A DNA stretch of 64,000 nt from Kofleriaceae bacterium (GCA_046597055.1 JBKJLC010000123.1:8502-72501); one strand, 5' to 3'; positions 9,301 to 22,036 are shown, numbered from the stretch's first letter. Notes: generated from the sequence alone by a model not told the origin. Program-made: numbers and translations.

Positions 9301-12177
9301 ATGGTGCCGTCCGAGCGGGACGACCGCGGCGAGGCCGCCGGCCTGGCGGCTGGGACCCACGTCGCGAGCGACGACGAGCCGTCGACGGTCGGGGTCGAGC
9401 CCCAGCCGGCCGCGGCGGCCGAGCCCGCGACCTCGACCGCGCCGCAGGCACGGCGCTCGCGTCGGCTGCCCGAGCTCGACCGCGGCACCGTGGTCGGTCG
9501 CTACGTCGTGGTCGATCCACTCGGCCGCGGCGGCATGGGCGACGTCTACGGCGCCTACGACCCCGAGCTGGACCGGCGGATCGCGCTCAAGCTCGTGCGC
9601 GACATCACCGGCGACGGCCGCGCCCGCCTGATCGCGGAGGCCCAGGCGATGGCGCGGGTCTCGCACCCCAACGTGATCTCGGTCCACGACGCCGGCTCGT
9701 TCGCCGACGGCGTCTTCATCGCGATGGAGCTGGTCGACGGCGAGACCCTGGCGGCCTGGCGCAAGCAGGCCCGGACCCGCGCCGCGATCATGGCGGTGTT
9801 CACCGCCGCCGGACACGGCCTCGCCGCCGCGCACGCCGCCGGCATCGTCCATCGCGACTTCAAGCCCGGCAACGTCATGCTCGGCCGCGATGGCCGGGTC
9901 CGCGTGCTCGACTTCGGGCTGGCCCGCTTCGGCGGCCGCAGCGCCGGTTCGGGCTCGGGCTCGGGCTCGGGGTCGGATCCGGTCACGCCTGCGATCGTCG
10001 ACATCGCGACCGACCCCGACGACCCCGACGAGGACGACTCGCTGCGGGTGATGGCGAGCCGGGTGATGGGCACCCCGTCGTACATGGCGCCCGAGCAGCG
10101 CCGGCCCGGCATGCACGACGCCCGCGTCGATCAGTACGCGTTCGCGGTCGCGCTGTACGAGACGCTCTACGGCGAGCGCCCGTTCGACGGCGACGACGCC
10201 GAGACCCTCGCGGTCAACGCCGCCGCCCACCGGGTCCGACCGCCGCCGCGCAACACCGACGTGCCGGCGTGGACCCGGCAGGTGCTGGTGCGCGCGCTGT
10301 CGCCCGATCCGGTCGATCGCTTCCTGACCATGCCGGCGATGCTGGGCGCGCTCGCCCACGATCCCGCGGTCCGCAGGCGCCGCCTGGCGATCGGCCTCGG
10401 CGGGGTCGCCGTCGTCGCGCTGGGGGTGGGCGCGCTCGTGGGCCTGCGCGAGCCCCCGCCGGCGCCGTGCCGGCGCGCGGATGCGCCGGTCGCGCGGGCG
10501 TGGGCCCCGGCCGCCCGCGCCCGGATCGTCGCCGCGTTCGCGGCCACCGACCGGCCGTATGCCCCGGCCTGGGCCGGCCGGGTCGCCGCCGAGTTCGACC
10601 GCCGCACCAGCGCGCTCGGCGCTGCGCGGATCGCGACCTGCGAGGCGACCAGCGTGCGGCACGAGCAGTCACCGGCCCTGCTCGACCTCCGCATGGCATG
10701 CCTCGATCGACGACTCGGCGAGCTCGACGCGCTGATCGACCGGCTCGGCGCCGGCCCGGATCCGGCCCTGATGGATCACGCGCTCGACGCCGCCGCCGCG
10801 CTGCCCCCGCTCGACACCTGCGCCGACGCGGCCGCGCTGCTGTCGGTCGCGCCGCGACCGTCGGCCCCGGCGCTGACGCCGCACCTGGCCGCCGCCGAAG
10901 CCGCGCTGGCCGCCGCCGCCGCCGCGATCTTTGCCGCCGACGTGCGCAGCGGCCGGGCCCACGCCGACGCCGCGGTCAGCGCCGCCGACCTGAGCGGTCA
11001 CGGGCCGCTGCGGGCCGAGGCCCGGCTCGCGCTGGTCCGGGCCGCGCGCCGATCGGGGGATCTGGTCGCCGCCGAGCAAGCGGTGTTCGAGGCCGCGACC
11101 CTGGCCGCCGAGGACCGCGCCGACCGCACCGCGGCCGAGGCCTGGATCCTGTCGGTCGGGGTGCTCACCGAGCTGGGCCGCCCGCGCGAAGCGCTGGCGC
11201 TGGTCCACGCCGCGACCGCGGGGCTCGGGCGCATCGGCCGGCCCCGCCTGCTGCGGGCCGAGCTGCTGCATCGGCATTCGCAGGCGCTCGAGGCCGCCGG
11301 CGAGGTCATCGCGGCGGCCGCGCGCCAGGACGAGGCGATCGCGCTGCGCACGTCCGACGGCATCCTCGCCGACGAGCTGGGCCTGGCCGAGGCCCTCAAC
11401 CACCGCGGCCGGCTGGCATCGCACCTGGGCGACCACGCCGCCGCCGAGGCGCTGTACCGGCGCGCGCTCGCGATCCGCACCGCCCGGCTCGGCGAGAGTC
11501 ATCCCGACGTGGCGACCTCGCTCAACAACCTGGGCGCGGTCCTCTATCACCAGGGGCAGCTCGACGAGGCGCTCGCGCTCTACCAGGACGCCCTGACCCG
11601 CCGCATCGCCGCGCTCGGGCCCGATCACATCGACGTCGGCGCTACCCTCAACAACCTCGGCGGGATCTACCTCGATCGCGGCGACCTGATCCAGGCCGAC
11701 CAGCACTTCGCCCGCGCGCTCGCCAGCTGGGAGAAGGCGCTCGGCCCCGACCACCTCGATCTCGCGATCCCGCTGGGCAACCTCGGCGACGTCGCGCTCC
11801 TGAGCGACGACCCGGTCCGCGCGTTCACGCTGTGTCGGCGCGCCTACGACCTCGAGGTGCGCGCGTCAGGCACCAACTCGCCCGACCTCGCGTACGCGCT
11901 GACCTGCCAGGGCGAGGCCCAGGTCGCCCGCGGTCAGGCCGTCGACGCGACCGCGCTGCTCGAGCGCGCGCTGGCGCTGCGCGATGGCAGCCCGACCGAC
12001 GCCAACGAGCTGGCCCGCACCCGGCTCGCGCTCGCGAGCGCGCTGCACCGGCGCGGGGTCGACCCCGGTCGGGTCCAGCGGCTCGCGGCCGCCGCCCGCG
12101 CGGTCTTCGCCGAGGCCGGCCCGACCTGGGCGCGCCGACGCGACGCCGCCGCCACGCTCGCGGGCGACCGCCCCTGA
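9301..12177 (+). CDS. Hanks-type Ser/Thr protein kinase with TM segment and TPR repeats
   Basis: LGRGGMGDVY, IALK, HRDFKPGNV, DFGLAR, MGTPSYMAPEQ, DQYAF; TM helix; TPR repeats LGESHPDVATSLNNLG. Confidence 0.95.
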   Translation: MVPSERDDRGEAAGLAAGTHVASDDEPSTVGVEPQPAAAAEPATSTAPQARRSRRLPELDRGTVVGRYVVVDPLGRGGMGDVYGAYDPELDRRIALKLVRDITGDGRARLIAEAQAMARVSHPNVISVHDAGSFADGVFIAMELVDGETLAAWRKQARTRAAIMAVFTAAGHGLAAAHAAGIVHRDFKPGNVMLGRDGRVRVLDFGLARFGGRSAGSGSGSGSGSDPVTPAIVDIATDPDDPDEDDSLRVMASRVMGTPSYMAPEQRRPGMHDARVDQYAFAVALYETLYGERPFDGDDAETLAVNAAAHRVRPPPRNTDVPAWTRQVLVRALSPDPVDRFLTMPAMLGALAHDPAVRRRRLAIGLGGVAVVALGVGALVGLREPPPAPCRRADAPVARAWAPAARARIVAAFAATDRPYAPAWAGRVAAEFDRRTSALGAARIATCEATSVRHEQSPALLDLRMACLDRRLGELDALIDRLGAGPDPALMDHALDAAAALPPLDTCADAAALLSVAPRPSAPALTPHLAAAEAALAAAAAAIFAADVRSGRAHADAAVSAADLSGHGPLRAEARLALVRAARRSGDLVAAEQAVFEAATLAAEDRADRTAAEAWILSVGVLTELGRPREALALVHAATAGLGRIGRPRLLRAELLHRHSQALEAAGEVIAAAARQDEAIALRTSDGILADELGLAEALNHRGRLASHLGDHAAAEALYRRALAIRTARLGESHPDVATSLNNLGAVLYHQGQLDEALALYQDALTRRIAALGPDHIDVGATLNNLGGIYLDRGDLIQADQHFARALASWEKALGPDHLDLAIPLGNLGDVALLSDDPVRAFTLCRRAYDLEVRASGTNSPDLAYALTCQGEAQVARGQAVDATALLERALALRDGSPTDANELARTRLALASALHRRGVDPGRVQRLAAAARAVFAEAGPTWARRRDAAATLAGDRP

Positions 12178-12287
12178 CGCGCCCGGCGGAACCCGCGGCG
12201 CTTCGGGTCGCGCCCGATCCGAGCTTGAGACCGCACGTCCGGCTGACCCGCGGCCAGCGCGGGACCCGCGCGTCGAGCGCCTCTGAC

Positions 12288-12752
12288 TCACGGGTGGCTG
12301 CGCCGCACGGTCGGCCCGACCTGCGCTGCGCCAACCGCATACAACGCGCCAGCCGCGACACACACCAGCGAGCTCACGACCATGAACGGCATGCGCGCTG
12401 CGAGCTCGTTCAAGTACGGCCGGTCCACCAGCATCACCGCGGGGATGCCCAGCAGGCCGCGCACCAGGTAGATCGTCGCGATGAGGACGAGGCCGAGCCG
12501 CAACAGCGGGAGGCGGCCAACGAGGCCCGCGCCCGACCAGGCGTACAGCGCCCACGTCGCGAGGATCGACGCGATGGCCGCCGTCATGATCGCCGGCGTG
12601 GCGGCGCCGCTCTCCGCGAGGCGTGCCATGCCTTCACCGGCGCCAAAGAAGCGGTACCACGCGGGGCCGCCGAGGATGATGGCGACGTGCAGGGCCGATG
12701 CGAGACCGCTGAACACGCCGCCTGCCAGCAGCCACCGGTTGACGTGCGTCAT
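12288..12752 (-). CDS. Conserved hypothetical membrane protein
   Basis: Four hydrophobic helices and an ALHVAIILGGPAWYRFFGAGE motif; an alternative GTG start at 12770 overlaps the upstream stop. Confidence 0.7.
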   Translation of the reverse strand: MTHVNRWLLAGGVFSGLASALHVAIILGGPAWYRFFGAGEGMARLAESGAATPAIMTAAIASILATWALYAWSGAGLVGRLPLLRLGLVLIATIYLVRGLLGIPAVMLVDRPYLNELAARMPFMVVSSLVCVAAGALYAVGAAQVGPTVRRSHP

Positions 12753-12766
12753 CGGGCGCGCCTCGG

Positions 12767-13954
12767 TCACAGCCGCAGCAGCACGACCTGCAGGTAGCGG
12801 TCGCGCGGCTGGGCCGCGAGGGTTGGATAGTCGGGGGGGAGCCCGCCCTGCTCGACGATCACCGCGTCGCGGCCGGCGCCGCGCACGCCCTTGTGCGCGA
12901 GCTTCACCAGCGAGCCGAGCTCGTGGGTGTTGGCCGCGAGCCAGAGCAGGCCGCCGGGCGGGATCACGGTCGCCGCCTGCGTGATCAGCGCGGGGTAATC
13001 GCGGTCGAGCGTCCACGGCGCGCCGCGCGCGGTCGAGAACGTCGGCGGATCGATCACGACCAGGTCGTAGCGCTCCTTGGTCTTGATCGCGCGGGCCAGG
13101 AAGCGCACCGCGTCGCCGGTCTCGAACTTCCAGCGCGCCTCGTCGGTCAGGCCCGACCGTCCGAAGTTGCCGCGCGCCCACGCCGCCACCCCGGCCGAGG
13201 TGTCGACCGAGGTCACCCGGGCCGCGCCGGCGCGCGCGCACGCGACCGACAGCGCCCCGGTGTACGAGAACAGGTTGAGCACCGTGCGCTCGCTGGCATG
13301 GCGCGCGAGCGTCACCCGGTGCTCGCGCATGTCGGTGAACAGGCCGACGTTGAGCCCGCCGAGCGGGTGGATCTCGAACGGCACCCCGCGCTCGTGCGCG
13401 ACGTAGCGCTCGGGCGGCGTGGCCCCGACGATCTCCTGGGTCACCGCGTCGGCGCCGCCGCGCGCGCGCACCTTGACCACCACCCCGTCGAGCCGGGCGA
13501 AGCCCCGGATCGCGTCGGCCAGCTGGCGGCCGAGCGGCACCAGCGCGGGCGACAGCACCCAGACCACGCCGAAGCGGCCGAGCACGTCGCAGCTGAACCC
13601 GGGCAGCCCATCACCCGCGCCGTGGACCAGCCGATAGGCAGCGTCCTCCCCGGGTAGCCCGAGCGCCCGGCGCCACGCCATCGCGCGCTCGACCCGCCAG
13701 CCGATCAGCGCGCCGTCGATCTGCACGAAGCCGTCGGCCGGCAACCCGATCACGCGCAGCCGCTGGTTGTCGGGATCGACCACCGCCAGCCCGACCTCGT
13801 CGCCGCCCTCGTCGACCAGGCGCACCCGCGCCCCGGGCGCACACGCCGCCGCCGCCGGCATCCGGCTGGTGTCCACGTCGCGGCCGCCACCGCGGATGAA
13901 CGTCGCCGTCTCGGCCGTGACCTCGAGCTCGGCCGCCGCCGTCGGGAGGCTCAC
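12767..13954 (-). CDS. RlmI/RlmK-like class I SAM-dependent rRNA methyltransferase
   Basis: AYRLVHGAGDGLPG, GLFTDMREHR, VLNLFSYTGALS, VTSVDTS, YDLVVIDPPTF; GTG overlaps the stop of the peptidase gene. Confidence 0.85.
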   Translation of the reverse strand: MSLPTAAAELEVTAETATFIRGGGRDVDTSRMPAAAACAPGARVRLVDEGGDEVGLAVVDPDNQRLRVIGLPADGFVQIDGALIGWRVERAMAWRRALGLPGEDAAYRLVHGAGDGLPGFSCDVLGRFGVVWVLSPALVPLGRQLADAIRGFARLDGVVVKVRARGGADAVTQEIVGATPPERYVAHERGVPFEIHPLGGLNVGLFTDMREHRVTLARHASERTVLNLFSYTGALSVACARAGAARVTSVDTSAGVAAWARGNFGRSGLTDEARWKFETGDAVRFLARAIKTKERYDLVVIDPPTFSTARGAPWTLDRDYPALITQAATVIPPGGLLWLAANTHELGSLVKLAHKGVRGAGRDAVIVEQGGLPPDYPTLAAQPRDRYLQVVLLRL

Positions 13955-16167
13955 GGGGCCTGGAACTCGGGGTCGCCGGTGACCGCCAGGGAGAACGAGA
14001 AGATGTCCGCCCGCTCGGCCAACGCCTGGCCGCGGGTCGAGCCGACCCCGTGGCCCGCATCGGACTCCGTGCGCACGAGGATCGGGCGGCCGCTGGTGGA
14101 TGAGGCCAGCAGTCGCGCCGCCATCTTGGCCGACATCCACGGCGCGACCCGCTTGTCGTTGAGGCCAACCGCGAAGAGCACCGCCGGATACGCGGTGTCG
14201 GGGGTGACGTGGACATAAGGATCCATCGCTTCGAGCCATCGATAGCCCTCGGCAGTGCCGGGATCGCCGAGCTCGGCCATCTGGTTCGCGCCGTTATCGG
14301 CGGCGAGCATCCGGAGCGGATTGACCATCCCGACGCCGATGACCGCCGCCGCGAACAGCTCGGGGCGCAGCGTGACCGCCCGACCAATCAAGATGCCGCC
14401 GGCGCTGCGCCCCTCCACGACCAGTCGCTCGCGCGCGGTGTAGCCCTTCGCGATCAGGTACTCGCCGCACGCGATCAGGTCGCGGACGCCGTCGAGCTTC
14501 TTGGCCCGCGCACCATCGAGCTGCCACTGGTGTCCCTTCTCGCCGCCGCCACGCACGTGACAGAAGGCGAGCACGCCGCCGCGCTCGAGCCACGCCAGCC
14601 GGGTCGGGTTGAACGACGGGTTGATCGAGATGCCATAGCCGCCGTAGCCGTTCACGACCGTCGGGTGGCTACCGTCGAGCACGAGATCCGACCTGCGCAG
14701 GATCGAGAGCGGGACCCGCACGCCTTGGTCGGACTCGACCTCGAGCTCTTCGGCGACGATCCCGCTGTAGTCCGCGGCGCTGGTCGCGGCCAGGCCGTTC
14801 GCGGTGAACCCGCCGCGGCCGTCGTACTGGAGATACGCCTCCGGTCGGGTCCAGCCGACATGGCCGATCACCGCGCCCGCCCGGTCCGGATCGGTCGCGA
14901 GCGAGCTCACCCACCCGCTGTACGGCAGGGTGGTCTGCGCCGCCTTGCCCTTCCACGGCCGGCGCAGCACGCGCCCGCTGCCGGCGATCATCTGGCGGAC
15001 GTACAGCGCGTCCTTCGCGACCTCCATCCCGACCAGGGTGACCTCGCGATCCTCGGCAACCTCGAGCCGCGCGCGCTTCAGGTCGGGCCGCCCCAGTGGC
15101 ACCGAGACGACCTTGCGGTTCGGGGCGGCCCGGTGGGTCAGGAGGTACATGCGATCGCCGTGCACCGCGAGCTCCTCGACGCCATCCGCAAAGCGAGCCA
15201 CCTCGCGCCAAGGGGTCTTGCCCGTGCCGGTGCGATCGAGCGCCGCGAGCGGCGCGACGGCGACCCGGATCTCGGACCGCGCGCCGATGGACGTCGCGAC
15301 GGCGGTTCGGCTTCCAGGCGGCACCCAGACGACCGGAAACTCCTGGGGGGCGAGCGTCAGGGTCCCGACGCCCGCGCCGAGAATCGCGACATCGTTCGTG
15401 ACTGGCGCACCCAGCACGTGCAGGCGCACCTGCATCTTCAGCAGGGGGTCGACCCCGGCCGCCGGCAGCGCCATCTGCGTGTAGAAGAAGCCGCGGCCAT
15501 CGGGCAGCCACTGGACGTCGAACTCGCCCCAGATCCGCTCGATCGTGTCGGGGCGCACCGTGCCGGTCTCGACCTCGATGACGTACACGGTCGAGATCTC
15601 GCCGCCGCCGCGCGACAGGTTGTACGCGACCAGCGCTCCGTCGGGCGACGGCTTGTAGTTGTCGATCGCGGCGTGGCTGTCGCCGCCGAGCTTCGTCGGA
15701 TCGACCAGCACACGATCGCCGCGCTCGTCGCGCACCATCAGGCGGGGCAACTCGGCCCCCGCCGTCACCTCCATGTAGAACGTGCGACCGCCGGCGAGCT
15801 GGAGCCGGCTCGGCACCCGGGTCGACATGCCGAGCTCCTCGACGCGCGACGCGAGCCGCTCGCGGCCGGGCAGCCGCGCGAACCAGGCCGCCGCGTGGGC
15901 CCCGTGCGCGCGCATCCACGTCGCGACCTCATCGACCTCGGTCGCCATCCACCGATACGGATCGGCCACCGACAGCCCGAACTGCGGGTCGACCACCGCC
16001 ACGGTCCGCGCGACCGGCAGGGACGCGCTCGCGACCGGGATCGCGGAAGTCGGCGTCGCGGGCGCTGGGTTCGGTGGCGGTGCGGGCGGCGCGATCGGAC
16101 GCGGCGAGCCGCTGCAGGCGAGCGCCGCAAGGGGTCCAAGCAGCGCGAGGGAAGCTACGGGACGCAT
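13951..16167 (-). CDS. Prolyl oligopeptidase (S9A family), lipoprotein
   Basis: Lipobox AALA-C; DPYRWM, GYGGYG, HVRGGGEKG, catalytic GRSAGG, NDKRV, DAGHG. Confidence 0.93.
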   Translation of the reverse strand: MRPVASLALLGPLAALACSGSPRPIAPPAPPPNPAPATPTSAIPVASASLPVARTVAVVDPQFGLSVADPYRWMATEVDEVATWMRAHGAHAAAWFARLPGRERLASRVEELGMSTRVPSRLQLAGGRTFYMEVTAGAELPRLMVRDERGDRVLVDPTKLGGDSHAAIDNYKPSPDGALVAYNLSRGGGEISTVYVIEVETGTVRPDTIERIWGEFDVQWLPDGRGFFYTQMALPAAGVDPLLKMQVRLHVLGAPVTNDVAILGAGVGTLTLAPQEFPVVWVPPGSRTAVATSIGARSEIRVAVAPLAALDRTGTGKTPWREVARFADGVEELAVHGDRMYLLTHRAAPNRKVVSVPLGRPDLKRARLEVAEDREVTLVGMEVAKDALYVRQMIAGSGRVLRRPWKGKAAQTTLPYSGWVSSLATDPDRAGAVIGHVGWTRPEAYLQYDGRGGFTANGLAATSAADYSGIVAEELEVESDQGVRVPLSILRRSDLVLDGSHPTVVNGYGGYGISINPSFNPTRLAWLERGGVLAFCHVRGGGEKGHQWQLDGARAKKLDGVRDLIACGEYLIAKGYTARERLVVEGRSAGGILIGRAVTLRPELFAAAVIGVGMVNPLRMLAADNGANQMAELGDPGTAEGYRWLEAMDPYVHVTPDTAYPAVLFAVGLNDKRVAPWMSAKMAARLLASSTSGRPILVRTESDAGHGVGSTRGQALAERADIFSFSLAVTGDPEFQAP

Positions 16168-16318
16168 TGGCGCGCATCCTACCCTCGCGCGGCGCGGGGT
16201 CGAGGGGCCAAGGCCGCCACCACCATCCACAGGGCCGCCACGGCCAAGCTGACGGCCGAGGCCGCCGCTCCATCCCCGTGCGCTTCGTACCGGAGACTCG
16301 AGTTACAGGCCGTAACCC

Positions 16319-16358
16319 TCGCCCCTTCGCCCCTTCGCCCCTTCGCCCCTTCGCCCCT
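16319..16358. repeat. Tandem repeat (TCGCCCCT)x5
   Basis: Five perfect 8-bp units in the divergent intergenic region. Confidence 0.9.
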
Positions 16359-16542
16359 GCGCCTCGCGCCTGGGGCGCCTCGAGGCCGCCAACCCATCAC
16401 TTTTCCTGTGGCCCGGCACTGACCGGAGCCGGATCGCCCGGTGCGGGTGGCAGCCTACAGTGGTGGGGAGCCCGGTCGCCGTCGTCGTTTCCGGTGGCGC
16501 CACAGGCCCCTGGTTTCATGACAGCGCAGGCGCGCCCTCGCG

Positions 16543-16558
16543 CGGCACGCGGCTTGCG
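16543..16558 (+). promoter_or_regulatory. Candidate sigma-54 promoter
   Basis: CGGCACGCGGCTTGCG matches YGGCAC-N5-TTGC; the ATG is at 16573. Confidence 0.6.
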
Positions 16559-16572
16559 CATGGTGCGCGTAC

Positions 16573-17100
16573 ATGACTCGCTTCCTCGGTGTCCTCCTCC
16601 TGGCTGCGTCCGCCTGCGTCGCCGCCGAAACCGATCCTGACCCGCCGGCGCCGGAGGTCGTCGACGGTGGCAGCGGCACCGGGGACGTCGATGGCGGCGG
16701 GACCGGCAACGGCGGCACCGACGGCGGCACCTCGCTCACGTGCGAGCCGCCCGCGGCTACCCTCCCCAACGGCAACCACAACCCCGGCGCCGCCTGCCTC
16801 GGCTGCCACACCGGCACCGCTGCCGCACCCAAGTTCTACGTCGGCGGCACGTTGTTCAGCACCGCCCAGGGCGGCGCGGCGGTGCCGGGCGCGACCATCA
16901 TCGTGCGCGACGCGCGCAACGTGACGGTCAGGCTCATCACCGCGACCAACGGCAACTTCTACACGAAGGAAGTGCTCACGCCGCCGTTCACGGTCAAAGC
17001 GAGCAAGTGCCCGTCGCCCGAGAAGAGCATGCCCGACCCGGCCAGCGGCAACTGCAACAGCTGCCACGTCGTCGGCACCGCCGGCCGCATCCATCTTTGA
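16573..17100 (+). CDS. Small diheme c-type cytochrome lipoprotein
   Basis: Lipobox AASA-C; HNPGAACLGCH and CNSCH heme-binding motifs flank a beta-sandwich-like region (VPGATIIVRD..TNGNFY). Confidence 0.8.
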   Translation: MTRFLGVLLLAASACVAAETDPDPPAPEVVDGGSGTGDVDGGGTGNGGTDGGTSLTCEPPAATLPNGNHNPGAACLGCHTGTAAAPKFYVGGTLFSTAQGGAAVPGATIIVRDARNVTVRLITATNGNFYTKEVLTPPFTVKASKCPSPEKSMPDPASGNCNSCHVVGTAGRIHL

Positions 17101-17173
17101 GCCGATCGAAGCGAGGCGGCTCAGGTTCCGTACCGATCGGGCGCGGCCTCCGAGCCGAGCGAAGCGCGGCCGG

Positions 17174-19141
17174 TCAGCGATCGCCGCAGCAGCGAAAGCC
17201 CACGTCGGCCGCGCTGGCGCCCGGCGCCACCGCGCGCGCCGGCGCATCGCAGCGGCCATCGCCGCCGTCCATCGACGAGCCCCCGAGGATGCTGCCGTCG
17301 GCGACCCACTCGGCGACGTTGCCGCTCATGTCGTGGGCGCCGGCCGCGCTCACGCAGCGCGGGAACGAGCCGGCCCGGGCGATCGCCGCGCGGGCCCCGG
17401 CGAGGTTGCAGGCACCCGCCTCGCGGCCGGCGCCGTAGGGCCACGCCGCGCCGCCGGCACCCGCGCACGCCGCGCGCCACTCGACGGCCGTGCACAGCCG
17501 CAGCTGACGCGCCGCGCACGCCGCCGCCGCCTCGTCGAGGCGGACGCCGGTGTCGGGTAGCCGACCCGCGCCCGGCGCCTCGTGCGGATCGATGCAGGCC
17601 GCGCCGATCGGCCGCATCGCGTCGGTGCAGCCGCGGGCGAGGGCGGCATCGACCGCGACCGGCGCGGCATCGATCGCGACGATCGCCACCGGCGCCGGGG
17701 CCGGGTCCCCGCCACCGGCGACCGCGGCCGGGCGCTCGCCGCCGAGCGCGAACGATCCGATCACGATCGCGCCGATCACCATCGCCACGCCGAACGCGAT
17801 CGCGATGATCTTCGTGCGTCGCTGCCGGTCGGCGACCGCGCGCGGCGGCGCCATGTAGCCGAGCGCGCCCGGCTTGACCGCGAAGCCGCGCGGCATCGCG
17901 TCGGACATCGCGCGCAGCTGGACCTGCCGGCGGGTGTCGTCGCCGGGCACCGCGACCGGCACCGCCTGGTCCGGCCCCGCCGCCTCGGGCGGACGCATCG
18001 ACATCATGTGGAGCTGCCCGGGCGCGACCGCCTTCACCCGCGCCAGCGCGCCGGTGACGTTGGCGGCCGAGAACGCATCGGGATCGCCCGACGCCGGGTC
18101 CCGGTCGGGGCTCGGCGGGGCGATCGCCGCCGCGTCGCTCGACGGTGGCCTCCCGATCGGCCCGCTCCGGTCGACCGGGATCGGCCCGCTCCGGTCGACT
18201 GCGATCGGTCCACTCCGACCCATCAGCCGCGGGATCGCCCCGCTCCGGTCGACCGGGATCGCGCCGCTGCGGTCGATCGGGACCGGCCCGCTGCCGTCGG
18301 ACGACAGCGTGACCATCCCGGCGCCGATGCGCGGCACCGGGATCGACGCGCCCGACCGCACGGCCTCCGCCGTCCCGGCCGACGCCCCGGCCCGCCCCGC
18401 GGCCTCGTCGGCCCGCGCCGCCAGCTCGGCCAGGCCGATCCGCTGCGCCGGCTCGGTCGCCAGCGCCGCCGTGAACGCCGGCCCCAGCACGCCCAGCGCG
18501 CGCTCGAGCTCGGGCCCGGTGGTCACGCCCGCGATCAGCGCCGCGGCGCTGGCGGCGACGCTCCACACGTCGGCCGCCGGGGTCGGGGCCGCGCCGGCCC
18601 GCACCTCGGGCGCGAGGAACACGTCGAGCCCGCGCCACGCGACCGCCGCCGCCGCCGGGTCGACGTCGCGCCACAGCCCAACCCCACCGACATACAGCTG
18701 GCCGCTGACCAGGACCACGTCGGCCGGCGTCAGCCGCCCGTGGACCCGGCCCTCGGCATGCGCGGTCGCCAGCGCGGTCGCCACCGCCCGCACCCAGACC
18801 GCGACCTGGCCGACCGCGGTCGGCTGCTTCGGCCGCGGCGCCGGGCCGGGCGCCGCCAGCTGGTAGCTCACCCACAGCGCGCCCTCGGCCTCGCCGATCG
18901 CGTACAGCCGCCGCAGCCCGGGCCGGACCAGCGCCCGAAGCCGCTCGGCGTCGGCGCCGACCGCGGCGCGCGCGGCCTTGCCGTGCAGCGTCGGCCGCAC
19001 CCACCACAGCGCGACCTCGACACTCTGCTGGATGTCGCGCGCGCGCAGCTCGACGTACCCCGGCGCCGACGCGACGTGGGCCGCCACGTCGAAGCGACCG
19101 GCGAAGCGCTCCCCTCCGGCGGGCGGCCGCAATTTGCTCAT
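17174..19141 (-). CDS. Pseudokinase-TM-FGE/SUMF1 domain protein
   Basis: Degenerate kinase fold ([30 protein letters not shown]), GPIPVDRS repeats, one TM, C-terminal FGE-sulfatase motifs ([32 protein letters not shown]). Confidence 0.75.
   Translation of the reverse strand: MSKLRPPAGGERFAGRFDVAAHVASAPGYVELRARDIQQSVEVALWWVRPTLHGKAARAAVGADAERLRALVRPGLRRLYAIGEAEGALWVSYQLAAPGPAPRPKQPTAVGQVAVWVRAVATALATAHAEGRVHGRLTPADVVLVSGQLYVGGVGLWRDVDPAAAAVAWRGLDVFLAPEVRAGAAPTPAADVWSVAASAAALIAGVTTGPELERALGVLGPAFTAALATEPAQRIGLAELAARADEAAGRAGASAGTAEAVRSGASIPVPRIGAGMVTLSSDGSGPVPIDRSGAIPVDRSGAIPRLMGRSGPIAVDRSGPIPVDRSGPIGRPPSSDAAAIAPPSPDRDPASGDPDAFSAANVTGALARVKAVAPGQLHMMSMRPPEAAGPDQAVPVAVPGDDTRRQVQLRAMSDAMPRGFAVKPGALGYMAPPRAVADRQRRTKIIAIAFGVAMVIGAIVIGSFALGGERPAAVAGGGDPAPAPVAIVAIDAAPVAVDAALARGCTDAMRPIGAACIDPHEAPGAGRLPDTGVRLDEAAAACAARQLRLCTAVEWRAACAGAGGAAWPYGAGREAGACNLAGARAAIARAGSFPRCVSAAGAHDMSGNVAEWVADGSILGGSSMDGGDGRCDAPARAVAPGASAADVGFRCCGDR
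18153..18290 (-). repeat. Degenerate 24-bp coding repeat (G-P/A-I-P-V-D-R-S)
   Basis: About five units of GATCGGCCCGCTCCGGTCGACCGG-like sequence within the pseudokinase linker. Confidence 0.7.
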
Positions 19142-19574
19142 CGCCCGGTCGAGCCGAAGCCGCCGGTGCCGCGCGCGGTCGCGGGCAGCTCGTCGGCGAT
19201 CTCGAGCTCCGCTTGCACCACCGGCGCGATCACCAGCTGGGCAATCCGCTGCCCGGCCTCGATCGTCACCGGCTCGGTGCCGAGATTGATCAACAGCACC
19301 GCGACCTCGCCGCGGTAGTCGGCGTCGATCGTGCCGGGCGCGTTGGCGACCGTCACGCCATGGCTGCGCGCCAGGCCCGACCGCGGCCGGACCTGGCCCT
19401 CGAAGCCACCCTCGATCGCCATCGCCAGACCGGTGCCGATCGCCGCCCGTTGCCCGGGCGCGAGCACCACCGGCGCCGCGATCGCCGCCGTCAGGTCCAT
19501 CCCCGCGGCGTGCGCGCTCATGTACCGCGGGACCACCGCGTCAGGCCGCAACCGCTGGAAGACCACCCGCGCCA

Positions 19575-19575
<1 letters not shown>
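19138..19575 (-). CDS. dut: dUTP diphosphatase
   Basis: [44 protein letters not shown] overlap with the pnp stop. Confidence 0.97.
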
Positions 19576-21698
<2,123 letters not shown>

Positions 21699-22036
21699 GG
21701 AACACAGACCTTTCGCGTCAGGTAGGGGGTCGCCCTGTTCCCGACCTGCGGTCTGGTCCCTCACTCCAGCCCCCCAGATGCTGCCCTGCGCGTCCTGTGA
21801 CGGCCGGGTGAGATCTCAGGAGCTCGACAGAAGGTTCATGCCCGTCAGGCTCGAGCCGAGTCGACCACGTTTCGCCGGGCATCCTGCCACACGGCTGTTG
21901 CGCTGGCGAGATGGAACGCGGGCTTCCATGACTCACCCGGCCGGCCGGGCCACCGTCGGGATCGTCCGCATCGAAAACGAAGCGGGCCGCACCGATCAAG
22001 GTGCAGCCCGGGACGACTCGGTCGGCGTGGCCGCGG

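Noticed and set aside
9940..10045. Gly-Ser and acidic insertion in the kinase activation segment
   Set aside because: Long low-complexity activation-loop inserts are common in myxobacterial TPR kinases, and all catalytic motifs are intact.
9237..12797. 1186-aa Arg/Pro-rich ORF and similar long alternative-frame ORFs (for example 6668-9151, 14209-16422, 31374-33911, 56191-58557)
   Set aside because: Off-frame or antisense shadows typical of very high GC DNA; they overlap well-supported genes and have no motifs.
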